Positions 8,282-16,805 are shown, counted from the stretch's first letter. The stretch is 64,000 bases of DNA from a virus (IMGVR_UViG_3300033067_001005:1-64000); one strand, 5' to 3'. Translations and numbers: made by a program. The notes: generated by a model from the letters alone, not told the origin.

Positions 8282-8526
8282 TGGCGACACAGGAACGAAG
8301 GTACTTCTACAAGCCCATCCTCGTTCAGCACAATGGCGTGACCGTAGAGGTGCGGGAAGCCATTAGAGCCGAAGAGGCCAATCAACAAAGAGCCATGCGT
8401 TTGGCGAAGAAGCGACCAGACGAAGAGAAGTACCTGCGACAGGTCAAGAGAGCAGAAGAGGCTATAAAGAGCCTAAAACTGCAACTAGAGCAGAGTCTGA
8501 AGCAGCAAAGAGCGGAGGCTACATGA
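8281..8526 (+). CDS. Hypothetical coiled-coil protein
   Basis: TAATG coupling. Confidence 0.6.
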   Translation: MATQERRYFYKPILVQHNGVTVEVREAIRAEEANQQRAMRLAKKRPDEEKYLRQVKRAEEAIKSLKLQLEQSLKQQRAEAT

Positions 8527-9524
8527 AGCGCGTAGGATGGGTTGCGTTCCTGGATGCTGTTGCACCGGGCGGACGGACAGAAGACCTCGCAGAACTAGTG
8601 CGCAGGGCAAAGACGCTGGGCTGCACAGACATCGCCCTCCGCATCGGCGACGCGGGCAACAGAGATGGCGGAAGCCACAAGCAGCTGAAGGGCGGGATCT
8701 GGGTGCCAGACCCCCTCGTCATAGACACGCTTAGAGAGGCCGGATTCGGCATCATCGTGTGGCTGTTCGAGTATGCGCAATATCCGACGCAGAGCCGACC
8801 CATCTGGCTGGATTGGGTGCGCCATGCTGACGAAGCCTGCATCAATGCAGAATTCCCGTACATCGCAGCTGGGGCTGGTCTTGCTAGAGGGCTCGTGAAG
8901 GACCTTCGCAACATGGGCTATAAGAAGGTCACCCATGCTCCGCCGGACTACGCGGGAGCAAGAGGGGACGGAGCACTGCGCATCCTGGACGAGGAATGCG
9001 ATGCCATCTACCCGCAGGTCTACTGGACGGAGCACGATGACTCTGGCCCGAACCACCATCTAGACAACGTTCTAGAGGGCAAGGGTCAAGCTGCTCCTGG
9101 CTACAAGAAGCGCGGACTGGAGAACAAAACGGTGCCTCTAGGCGTCACTTACAGGCCCAACTTCCGCGGCTCGCATAGAGTAGGAGATAGAGACATCCCC
9201 ACTCCGCTCAAGCCAATCGGGGATAAGGCCGTCGCTGACATGGTCGTGGACTTCCTAAAGCACCCGTGGGCCAAGGCCGCGGAGCAGAGCGAACACGGTC
9301 TCCACTTCTACTCGCTGGACGGGCTGACGTTCGCGGGCGAGGGCAGGGAAGCCGTGCTAGAAGCCGTCCAGGCTTACGACGCGGAACAGGATCCGTACAA
9401 GGGAGCGCCCTACACCGGAACGCCCTCGATGGACCCCAACTACATCCAGCCGGTAAAGACCGAGGTACCAAACGCAACAGACACCGTCATTAGCTTGGCG
9501 GAGGAAGATGACGACCACTCTTAG
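8523..9524 (+). CDS. TIM-barrel glycoside-hydrolase-like protein (candidate endolysin)
   Basis: Alternating beta/alpha pattern with DIALRIGD, IIVWLFEY, INAEFPY and CDAIYPQVYW motifs. Confidence 0.5.
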   Translation: MKRVGWVAFLDAVAPGGRTEDLAELVRRAKTLGCTDIALRIGDAGNRDGGSHKQLKGGIWVPDPLVIDTLREAGFGIIVWLFEYAQYPTQSRPIWLDWVRHADEACINAEFPYIAAGAGLARGLVKDLRNMGYKKVTHAPPDYAGARGDGALRILDEECDAIYPQVYWTEHDDSGPNHHLDNVLEGKGQAAPGYKKRGLENKTVPLGVTYRPNFRGSHRVGDRDIPTPLKPIGDKAVADMVVDFLKHPWAKAAEQSEHGLHFYSLDGLTFAGEGREAVLEAVQAYDAEQDPYKGAPYTGTPSMDPNYIQPVKTEVPNATDTVISLAEEDDDHS

Positions 9525-9801
9525 AGTGCAATTCGAGGACCACTTAGGGAATCAGTGGTACCACACCGCTGAAGACCAGGACCTTCCGAGAATCCACTCT
9601 ACTGACTACTACGACCTTTTAGTGGTGCTGTTTCCTAGCAACGTAAAGCCCAAGGAACCTTGGGAGCTAGACAAGCACGCCACAGTACTGAACCTGCCAG
9701 GATGGAGAACCCATGCCCGCACCCCAAGCAATCTACGACGGTCTAGCCAAAGCTATCAAAGACCACCTTACTACCACCTATGGCCCGCCCGTTTCGGGTG
9801 A
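9508..9801 (+). CDS. Hypothetical protein
   Basis: ORF track; GGAGG RBS. Confidence 0.5.
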   Translation: MTTTLRVQFEDHLGNQWYHTAEDQDLPRIHSTDYYDLLVVLFPSNVKPKEPWELDKHATVLNLPGWRTHARTPSNLRRSSQSYQRPPYYHLWPARFG

Positions 9802-9952
9802 TAGGCTAGGGCAGATGACATCAGTAATGCTGATGAAGCTGTCGATGGACATGATGAAGGCCAACGGCATTACAAGTGACCAAGCCGCGGAAGCCGCAGA
9901 CAACTTCCTGAAAGACTGGGAGAATGGCAAACAACCGACAACTGGCGGCTAA
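9713..9952 (+). CDS. Hypothetical protein
   Basis: GGAG RBS; helical 79-aa ORF. Confidence 0.55.
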   Translation: MPAPQAIYDGLAKAIKDHLTTTYGPPVSGDRLGQMTSVMLMKLSMDMMKANGITSDQAAEAADNFLKDWENGKQPTTGG

Positions 9953-10124
9953 CCTCACCAACTTCTCGGTAATAGAGGAAGCCGTGAAGGAAAGAGACCG
10001 TGTGTTCAAGGCGGTGTCAGAGCTAGACTGCGCCGAGCATCCTGGGCACAAGATCATCGGCTTCGTCGACGGTAGACCTCCTGTGTGCAGCATGTGCCTG
10101 GAGAAGACTGATGTCGGAGTCTAG
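9924..10124 (+). CDS. Small protein with C-terminal C-x2-H-x13-C-x2-C-like Zn motif
   Basis: GGGAG RBS; CAEHPGH...CSMC. Confidence 0.55.
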   Translation: MANNRQLAANLTNFSVIEEAVKERDRVFKAVSELDCAEHPGHKIIGFVDGRPPVCSMCLEKTDVGV

Positions 10125-10326
10125 ACACGTCACCATCCAGGACTTCCTTCGCATCCTGGATTCGCTAGACCAAGACGTTCCGGTCAGACCAGGCGTACTA
10201 AAGGCGGCAATCGTTCAGCACTACCACCGCGAGCACACGCGGACCGAGTTGGCGAGAAGCATCATGGCCATGACGGACGAAGAGCTAGACATCATCATAA
10301 AGGCAACGGAGGCCAAGAGTGGCTGA
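10111..10326 (+). CDS. Hypothetical protein
   Basis: ORF track; overlapping chain of small genes. Confidence 0.55.
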   Translation: MSESRHVTIQDFLRILDSLDQDVPVRPGVLKAAIVQHYHREHTRTELARSIMAMTDEELDIIIKATEAKSG

Positions 10327-10528
10327 CGCCTTTCGCTACCTACACGCGCATCAACCAGAAGCACTGCTCGTGAATGACAGCACTAGAGTGGTGCAGATTC
10401 CTAGAGACGTCACCCACATCACCATGAAGGATGGTAGTGTGCTCAAGCTCTCCAGCTGGACTCACTTTCTAGAGCCAGTAGCATTTCACAAACCCTCTAA
10501 TACCCTCTATGTGGCGGAGCTACCATGA
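10319..10528 (+). CDS. Hypothetical protein
   Basis: ORF track; GTG start overlapping the previous stop. Confidence 0.5.
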   Translation: MADAFRYLHAHQPEALLVNDSTRVVQIPRDVTHITMKDGSVLKLSSWTHFLEPVAFHKPSNTLYVAELP

Positions 10529-10776
10529 ACGTGGACAAGTACAAGCTGAGCGAAGACGTGGCCTTCACGCTGTTTCTTCCCTTCTCAGCTCCAATGACCA
10601 TCATGGGTAACATGGACCTACTAGCCATGTACTTGGACCAGATCGAAGAGCGCATAAGAGAGAAGAAGAGTTGGGCGGATCCAATTCGCTTCTATGATGA
10701 TGCGGGCAGCTGCATCATGGCCATGCCAGCAGCGGGGCTGAATGGCGTGGTAAAAGGCATCACAAGCAAGAAATGA
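10525..10776 (+). CDS. Hypothetical protein
   Basis: GGAG RBS; ATGA overlap. Confidence 0.55.
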   Translation: MNVDKYKLSEDVAFTLFLPFSAPMTIMGNMDLLAMYLDQIEERIREKKSWADPIRFYDDAGSCIMAMPAAGLNGVVKGITSKK

Positions 10777-10782
10777 GGCAGC

Positions 10783-11208
10783 ATGACCGCTCCCGCAGGC
10801 TCCATTAGCCTTGAAGGCCAAGTAATCGACGCGAGCAACCCGTCAGGCGGGGAAACCTCGCTAGCACAGCTCATCACAGGGCTAGAGGTGAAGAAGCACG
10901 GCTTCACTGTGCCGAAGGGCGGAGCAACTCACTCCGTACCCTTGGCACTGTCGCCCACTGTGGCTTCAGCACTGGTGCTCTGCATCATCGCGCCAAAGAC
11001 CCTGTACCTAATCCTGACGGGCCAGTCAGCCACGCCAGGGCCAATCAAGCTCTACGTGAAAGGCGTACAGCTGCTGACGCTCGCTCCTGGTGGAGGCATC
11101 GTCTCTATGTCCGTCATCAACCCCTCTACTACTGACGACATCGAGATGCAGATTCTCGTGGGAGCACAAGGGCCATCTGGAGAGGTCCCCGAATTCTACA
11201 CTGACTAA
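10783..11208 (+). CDS. Hypothetical beta-rich protein
   Basis: GAGG RBS; alternating hydrophobic strands. Confidence 0.65.
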   Translation: MTAPAGSISLEGQVIDASNPSGGETSLAQLITGLEVKKHGFTVPKGGATHSVPLALSPTVASALVLCIIAPKTLYLILTGQSATPGPIKLYVKGVQLLTLAPGGGIVSMSVINPSTTDDIEMQILVGAQGPSGEVPEFYTD

Positions 11209-11651
11209 TGAACGCGTGGAAAGCGGTACTAGAAGCCGTAGAGAGAGGAGAGGACCCAGAGATTCTCGTCAATTACGGGATGATGGTGCTTCCCCCGAAG
11301 AAGAAGCGCGGCCGAAAGAAGAAGGTCAAGATAGAGGCTCCTGGAGCACCCATCTTGGACGAGCCCCTTCGCCCGCGCTGTCTTCACTGTCGAAAGCGTC
11401 TTCTAGTCTCTCAGAAATACGTGTGCAGCCAGCGTTGTAGAGACCTAGCGATTGTTCACTACAGAGTCGTTCTGGCAATTCTAACTAGGTCTAAGCTGAA
11501 GATGCCTCCGCCCGTAAAGGATGTACCTGATGTCCCAATCTACAAAGCCGGGCGAGAAGTTGATCCAGGAATACTTAGAGCGGCAGAGGACTACGCGCAG
11601 AAACAGGTTGAGCGCGACGTCCTCCATACCACTAGGAAGCCAACCCATTAG
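11208..11651 (+). CDS. Basic protein with CxxC...CxxxC Zn-ribbon
   Basis: KKKRGRKKK stretch; CLHCRKRLLVSQKYVCSQRC. Confidence 0.6.
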   Translation: MNAWKAVLEAVERGEDPEILVNYGMMVLPPKKKRGRKKKVKIEAPGAPILDEPLRPRCLHCRKRLLVSQKYVCSQRCRDLAIVHYRVVLAILTRSKLKMPPPVKDVPDVPIYKAGREVDPGILRAAEDYAQKQVERDVLHTTRKPTH

Positions 11652-11780
11652 GATCTACGATCCTGAGGAGCTAATGTGCAGGTGTGGCCACCTGCAAGAT
11701 GAGCACACCAAGACGGGCACATACACGCCGTGTCGCGTCTGTAGGTGTGGCAACTTTGTCGTAAAAGAGGAGAAACGGAA

Positions 11781-12302
11781 ATGAAGGCGATTCTAATGGC
11801 ACTGGTCATCACCCTCCTCCCCTTCAAGCCGGAGCCGGAAGGCGAAGTCATGAAGAGGGCAGCCAAGGCAGCCGAAGCTGCTGCCTACATCGTGAGTTAT
11901 CGAATCGGAGACGTGAAAAACCCCACTAACGCTCTACGCCAGCGTGAGACGTGGGCACGCATCATGTTCGTCTTTGCCTACTACGAGGCAAGTTGGTATG
12001 CTTCTCCGAAGGGCTCCAACGATGAGGGACGAGCGTGCGGCGTTCTACAGGTACACAATCCTGAGAAATACGTGACCGGCTACGACTGCAAGTCCGTACG
12101 GGGCAGCCTAGAGAAGGGCTTTGACGTGGGCCTAGCTCTGATGATGCGTCTAGAGAAGCAGTGCGGGAGCAAGAAGGCTGCTCTAACTGCTTACGCCACT
12201 GATGGGGCCTGCCACAACTGGACGCTTCCGCTGGTGGTAAAGCGTTGCAAAGAGGCGGGACTAACGGAAGAGTGCGAGCTTCCACTGAAGAAAGCGGCAT
12301 AG
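11781..12302 (+). CDS. Lysozyme-like / lytic transglycosylase (SLT-like) protein with N-terminal hydrophobic anchor (start corrected from 11745)
   Basis: YYEASW...SNDEGRACGVLQVH matches the E-S...G..G..Q lysozyme-fold motif; ALTAYATDG; MKAILMALVITLLP N-terminus. Confidence 0.65.
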   Translation: MKAILMALVITLLPFKPEPEGEVMKRAAKAAEAAAYIVSYRIGDVKNPTNALRQRETWARIMFVFAYYEASWYASPKGSNDEGRACGVLQVHNPEKYVTGYDCKSVRGSLEKGFDVGLALMMRLEKQCGSKKAALTAYATDGACHNWTLPLVVKRCKEAGLTEECELPLKKAA

Positions 12303-13004
12303 ATGGCAAACGGACAGGGACCGGAGGCTGCGAGAAAGCTCGTAATTGTTCTGTTTAGCGGCGGGCTAGACAGCACGGTGACCCTGGCTAATGCACTGAG
12401 GAGCGGGCACCGTGTGTGCCCGCTTTTCTTTTGCTATGGTCAGCGAAATCAGGGTCTAGAGCTAGCTGCTGCCACAAGCATCGTTAGCTGGCTGAAGAAG
12501 CACTATAGCTTTCTAGATGACCTACTCGTTCAGGGAGTAGCGCTACCCAAGATTGGCGGACTCACCGGGGACGAGGAACTGCGAGAGCCCACCGAAGAGC
12601 AGCTGTTCGACGGTCAGTCGAACACCTACGTTCCAATGAGAAACTTGGTGTTCCTGTCACTAGCTGGAGCAATCGCGGAAGCTAACGAGGCAGAGTCCAT
12701 CTGGATAGGCTCCACATACTCTGACCAGGCATCTCCAGACACTAGAGACACGTTCCTAGCCGCTGTACAGGTAGCTATGATGCTGGGCTCACGAATTGGC
12801 GCCAAAGAACCAATTCGCATTAGAGCTCCGTATGGCGAGCTGAATAGGCTGGTTGTCGTAGAGGATGGGAAGGCCTGGGGCCTTCCTCTGCACCTCACCC
12901 GCACTTGCTACGCAAACAAGCCCAAGCCGTGCAGAGTGTGCAGCGCTTGTAAGCAGCGGGAAAAAGCCTTCAAAGACGCACGCGAGGAAGACCCGGCTCT
13001 GTGA
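12303..13004 (+). CDS. queC: 7-cyano-7-deazaguanine synthase QueC family
   Basis: SGGLDS PP-loop, YGQRN, TYVPMRNLVFLS, and C-terminal Zn site TCY...CRVCSAC. Confidence 0.88.
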   Translation: MANGQGPEAARKLVIVLFSGGLDSTVTLANALRSGHRVCPLFFCYGQRNQGLELAAATSIVSWLKKHYSFLDDLLVQGVALPKIGGLTGDEELREPTEEQLFDGQSNTYVPMRNLVFLSLAGAIAEANEAESIWIGSTYSDQASPDTRDTFLAAVQVAMMLGSRIGAKEPIRIRAPYGELNRLVVVEDGKAWGLPLHLTRTCYANKPKPCRVCSACKQREKAFKDAREEDPAL

Positions 13005-13007
13005 AGC

Positions 13008-13036
13008 TGGACGAAGCACAAGAGCGGGTGTAGATT
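13008..13036 (+). promoter_or_regulatory. Putative sigma70-type promoter
   Basis: TGGACG-17 nt-TAGATT upstream of 13082. Confidence 0.35.
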
Positions 13037-13081
13037 CTCTCTCGTAGGACAGAGGACCTGTTCTATAGAGGAGAAAGCATC

Positions 13082-13324
13082 ATGAAGAAGTTCCTAGGTA
13101 CGTTCGACGGCGGTGGCGGCGGTGGCGGCGGTGGTGGCGGGGGCGCTGGCGCTACCCGTCCGACGGGTCGTCAGCCTGCTGGCCGTCCTACCGGCCGTCA
13201 GCCCGGCATCCTTCAGCGCATCGGCAACGGTATCGTCCGTGGCGCTGGCGCTGTCAGCCGGTTCGCTGGCCGTGTCGTCGGCTCCGCTCGTCGGGGCTTT
13301 GCGGCTGGCCAGGCCGCTCGCTAA
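13082..13324 (+). CDS. Small Gly/Arg-rich basic protein with N-terminal KKFLGTF-D tag
   Basis: Strong RBS AGAGGAG; poly-Gly, duplicated RPTGRQP, amphipathic Arg-rich C-terminus. Confidence 0.75.
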   Translation: MKKFLGTFDGGGGGGGGGGGGAGATRPTGRQPAGRPTGRQPGILQRIGNGIVRGAGAVSRFAGRVVGSARRGFAAGQAAR

Positions 13325-13349
13325 TCTCTAACGACTAAGGGTTTCTTTT

Positions 13350-13382
13350 CCTGGTTGTCACCCGCACTCCTCTACAACCAGG
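13350..13382 (+). other. Perfect 9-bp inverted repeat (hairpin) upstream of the Prp-like gene
   Basis: CCTGGTTGT-15 nt-ACAACCAGG. Confidence 0.6.
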
Positions 13383-13395
13383 CCCCCTAACTCCC

Positions 13396-13755
13396 ATGAT
13401 CAAATGCAAGACCTCTAAAGACGGTGATTGGATCACCTTTAGCGTTAGCGGACACTCAGAAGACACGGGCGACGAAGAGCGCTTTCAAGTCTGTGCCGGA
13501 GTCTCTACGCTAGCTGTGGGCCTTCTAGCACTAACAACTAACGTCGGTAGCAGAGCCAAGCGACTACAGCACGCAGACGGCCACGTTCTAATCGACATCC
13601 CAGCATCCGATGAGGCAATGCTCTCGTCGTTGAAGTTCGTCAAGTACGCGCTAAGGGTGCTGTATTCTGGCTATAGCGAGCATCTAGAGCTTGATTTCGC
13701 AGACGACGTACCGGAGTACGCGCCTTGGCCGAGCCCAGATCCCACGTTGGCGTAG
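13396..13755 (+). CDS. prp: Prp-family (DUF464, ribosomal-processing) cysteine protease; probable virion maturation protease
   Basis: FSVSGH20...VC33AGVS matches the Prp His/Cys catalytic dyad motif GH-x(11-12)-VCAG.S; ~120 aa length and terminal helix-Y-x2-H-L pattern also fit. Confidence 0.8.
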   Translation: MIKCKTSKDGDWITFSVSGHSEDTGDEERFQVCAGVSTLAVGLLALTTNVGSRAKRLQHADGHVLIDIPASDEAMLSSLKFVKYALRVLYSGYSEHLELDFADDVPEYAPWPSPDPTLA

Positions 13756-15362
13756 CTGGTAGCTGCCCCCTAGATACGGAGAAGCTGACGGACCTAATCC
13801 TGGCGTTCGTCGTCCTCTTCAACGAGCCTATGGGGATCCACCTGTACAGGTATCAACGCCTGTTCATGCGTGAGATCATCCACAGCCTACTAGACCATAA
13901 CGGTGCGACGCTGACAGGGCTTTGGAGCCGGCAGAGCGGGAAGAGCGAGGCTCTTTCTAGTCTCGCGCCGGCTCTTTGTGTTTTCCTACCTGCCTTGGCT
14001 AAAGCCTTCCCCGGCGACCCAAGACTAACGGACTACACAGAGGGCTTCTGGGTAGGCATCTTCGCTCCGCGATTGGACCAGAGCGGAATCATCTACGGTC
14101 GTATTAGAAGCAAGGCGGAGAAGCCTAGCTCTCTAGCGCTGTACCAGGATAACGACATCGGGATTCAGCTCACGCAGAGCCGAGGAGACCAAGTCTCTTG
14201 GAGCAACGGGAGCTTCGTCGCGTCTCAAACTGCCAGCGAGCAGAGCAGCGTTGAGGGTAAGACCTATCACCTCGTGATTCTAGACGAGGCGCAGCTAATC
14301 AGCCGGACCAAGGTCAACAAAGAAATCGCCCCGATGTTGGCCGCTACCAACGGCCTAATGGTGAAGATTGGCACTGCCAGCTTCTATAAGGGCGGCTTTC
14401 ACGACTCCATCGTCTACAACCTGTCCTACGAGAAGAAGACAGGTAGGCGCTACCACTTCGAGTTCCCGTACGACGTCGTAATAGAAGAGAAGCGACGCAC
14501 GTACGAAGAGACGAAGAAGCCCTTCCACCTGAACTACGAAGCCTGGGTCTCTACTGAGCTAGCTAAGCTCGGCGGGAACAAAGACAACGAAGAGTTCAGG
14601 ATGAACTTCCGCCTGATGTGGTTCGAGGCCAACACGGGCGCGATCGACCGCGATGCCTTCTATGACGCGGCAATTGAGACTCTAGAGGCGAATCAACCCA
14701 CCTTTAGAGGAGACCTCGTTGCTGGTCTGGACTACGGAAAGAAGCACGACGCAACCATCCTGACGATCATGTCGGTCAATCCGAAGGAAATCGTCGACAC
14801 TAGGGCTATGATTCGTCCTGGCGACGACATCCCTGTCTACCACGAGAAGACCATCATCGCTTGGTTTGAGCTAGAGGGAAGGCGCTGGAAAGAGATCCAG
14901 GGCAAGGTCGTTGCCGCTCTCTCCGAATACGCCGTTCACACACTAGTAGCTGACTCAACTGGCGTGGGAGACCCACTAACAGAGCAGCTACAAGACCTGA
15001 TTCCCAGCATTAGAGTCATTCCGTTCGTTCTGTCAGCGCAGGGCAATGACCTGATGTACAAGCTCTATATCCAAGAGATGGAAGCGGGGCGTCTAAAGTA
15101 CGCTGCCGGACCAGACACAGCTGCAACGAAGGTCTATAAGAACTTCGTACACGAACATGAGCAGTTGCAAAAACTGCGGAACAACCTCTATATCAAGTGC
15201 TGTGCCCCGGAAGGGGAACACGACGACTACCCAGACTCGGCCGCACTTTGCTGCTATGCTGCAACGGTCCCTAGGGAATCGTTCATCGAACAGACTCAAA
15301 GCCCGTTCAAGTCGCGTCGTAGCAATGCTGCTGGGCGCTCTCGGTCAGATAGATACAGATAG
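13725..15362 (+). CDS. terL: Terminase large subunit
   Basis: Walker A SRQSGKS, Walker B LVILDEAQ, motif III IGTAS, nuclease AGLDYGKKHD and HDDYPDS; TTG start preceded by GGAG. Confidence 0.93.
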   Translation: MAEPRSHVGVAGSCPLDTEKLTDLILAFVVLFNEPMGIHLYRYQRLFMREIIHSLLDHNGATLTGLWSRQSGKSEALSSLAPALCVFLPALAKAFPGDPRLTDYTEGFWVGIFAPRLDQSGIIYGRIRSKAEKPSSLALYQDNDIGIQLTQSRGDQVSWSNGSFVASQTASEQSSVEGKTYHLVILDEAQLISRTKVNKEIAPMLAATNGLMVKIGTASFYKGGFHDSIVYNLSYEKKTGRRYHFEFPYDVVIEEKRRTYEETKKPFHLNYEAWVSTELAKLGGNKDNEEFRMNFRLMWFEANTGAIDRDAFYDAAIETLEANQPTFRGDLVAGLDYGKKHDATILTIMSVNPKEIVDTRAMIRPGDDIPVYHEKTIIAWFELEGRRWKEIQGKVVAALSEYAVHTLVADSTGVGDPLTEQLQDLIPSIRVIPFVLSAQGNDLMYKLYIQEMEAGRLKYAAGPDTAATKVYKNFVHEHEQLQKLRNNLYIKCCAPEGEHDDYPDSAALCCYAATVPRESFIEQTQSPFKSRRSNAAGRSRSDRYR

Positions 15363-15372
15363 GGAGACTCCA

Positions 15373-15822
15373 ATGAAGATTTCCGCGCAAGAAGCCATGA
15401 TGTTCGGTGGACCCAAGGCCGCCGCTGTGTGCGTGGGCCGCATCGAAAAGGTAGTCAGCCTTCAGGCTGTAGCTGCTACCCTGGCTGCATCCGTCATCTG
15501 GGTAGCTGACTTCAAGGGGAAGATCAGCGACGCGCAGTTCGTGTCGGCTGTTACCCCCGCGGCCGGCGAGAGCATGGTTCTCTCCGTTCTAAAGAACGGC
15601 GTTACCATGATGAGCGCCAACGTCACTGTGGACAACACCGTCGCGGCGAAGAAGAAGTGGGATATCTGGGCCAACCTGGACAAGGCCAAGAACTTCTTCA
15701 ATGAGGGTGACATCATCACCTTCACCCGCACCTACGTTCCTGGTGGTACTCCTGCCATGACGGCCACTAACCTCGTCCTAGAGATGGTTGCCGAGGACAT
15801 CAACGCGGCAAGAGCTATCTAA
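15373..15822 (+). CDS. Putative virion (decoration-like) protein (start corrected from 15157)
   Basis: GGGAG RBS before ATG 15373; Ala/Val/Thr-rich beta composition. Confidence 0.6.
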   Translation: MKISAQEAMMFGGPKAAAVCVGRIEKVVSLQAVAATLAASVIWVADFKGKISDAQFVSAVTPAAGESMVLSVLKNGVTMMSANVTVDNTVAAKKKWDIWANLDKAKNFFNEGDIITFTRTYVPGGTPAMTATNLVLEMVAEDINAARAI

Positions 15823-16058
15823 TGAGCATTAGAGCCAAATTCCGTTGCACCTCTGTAGTGAAGTACCCCACTGGCGACGGGGAGACCGTGAGGCTGGGCG
15901 CTGTTCACGGAGGAGCCAGCGACGCTAACAAGTCATGGTCGAAGTTCACTCCGAGCGGAGACCTTCGGCTTCACATCACTAATCCCGAGGCTGAAGGTAA
16001 GTTCGTGCCTGGGAACTACTACTTCCTAGACTTCACCGAAACGGACAAGGACGGCTAA
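15822..16058 (+). CDS. Conserved-looking small phage protein
   Basis: MSIRAKF...TPSGDLRLHITNPEA..F..G.YYFLDF pattern. Confidence 0.7.
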   Translation: MSIRAKFRCTSVVKYPTGDGETVRLGAVHGGASDANKSWSKFTPSGDLRLHITNPEAEGKFVPGNYYFLDFTETDKDG

Positions 16059-16372
16059 TGCGGAAGAACCTGAATGGCTCCGCTAAGAAGGGGGCCTTCG
16101 AGTTTGGGACCAAGAGCGGCAAGCCGGGAGAGCTACCCGCTGTTCGTCCCTTGATTGGTGCCTTCTACGAGCTGGCTGACGCGAAGCCGCAAGGCAGCCT
16201 GGACGAGACGTTTGCAGCCGGTGCTGACGGCGCCTCTTCTAATGCAATCGCGACCAAGGGCGCAGAGATGCGCAACTTGAACAAGCCAGAAGTAGAGCTG
16301 ATTGCAGTAGGCAACCCTGGGGAGACCTACCGTGATGAACGAAAGCGGACCGGGACTGCTAAGATCCCGTGA
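16058..16372 (+). CDS. Hypothetical protein
   Basis: TAATG coupling. Confidence 0.6.
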   Translation: MRKNLNGSAKKGAFEFGTKSGKPGELPAVRPLIGAFYELADAKPQGSLDETFAAGADGASSNAIATKGAEMRNLNKPEVELIAVGNPGETYRDERKRTGTAKIP

Positions 16373-16805
16373 CCGAAACCCCGTTTTCGTTCGCTATTTC
16401 GGCCAACTAGTCAGCCCGCGTCTGTATAGGCGCGGGTTTGGCTTTGTGGGCTTTCTCATCTGGCTCGTCGACCTACTGCGATTCTTTCTAGAGAGATGGC
16501 TGGTGTTCACCATCCTGAAGCTAGAGATGAGACGAGCAGGCGCTACGAGACGCGAGGTCCAAGAGGCCGTAGAACAAGCCAAGCTGGACGTGAGTACTGG
16601 CGGAAACGTCGCTACTACCGTTGGCCAGCCCAAAGAGCGCGGAGACCGCTACAAGCTAGGGCGGGCTGTAGAGCTGAGACCGACCCCAATCAGCTCTCAG
16701 AGTGACCTAGCCAAAACGATCGCCGCTGCTGCTGCTCCCAGGAGCAGAGAGCTACGCTACTTTAGAGGTAGACAACTTCTAATTCAGGAGGACAACAATG
16801 AATGA
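16332..16805 (+). CDS. Hypothetical membrane-associated protein (true start probably downstream, e.g. GTG 16446)
   Basis: Hydrophobic segment GFLIWLVDLLRFFLERWLVFTIL. Confidence 0.45.
   Translation: MMNESGPGLLRSRDRNPVFVRYFGQLVSPRLYRRGFGFVGFLIWLVDLLRFFLERWLVFTILKLEMRRAGATRREVQEAVEQAKLDVSTGGNVATTVGQPKERGDRYKLGRAVELRPTPISSQSDLAKTIAAAAAPRSRELRYFRGRQLLIQEDNNE
16413..16446 (+). terminator. Possible terminator hairpin
   Basis: AGCCCGCG-tctgtatagg-CGCGGGTT followed by T-rich bases. Confidence 0.4.

Noticed and set aside
11208-13395. Terminase small subunit upstream of terL
   Set aside because: No ORF near terL shows a convincing TerS signature; 11208..11651 is basic with a Zn ribbon but cannot be assigned.
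16196-16220. Internal SLDETF/A in 16058..16372 as a protease tag
   Set aside because: It is internal rather than N-terminal and the Leu is at P5.
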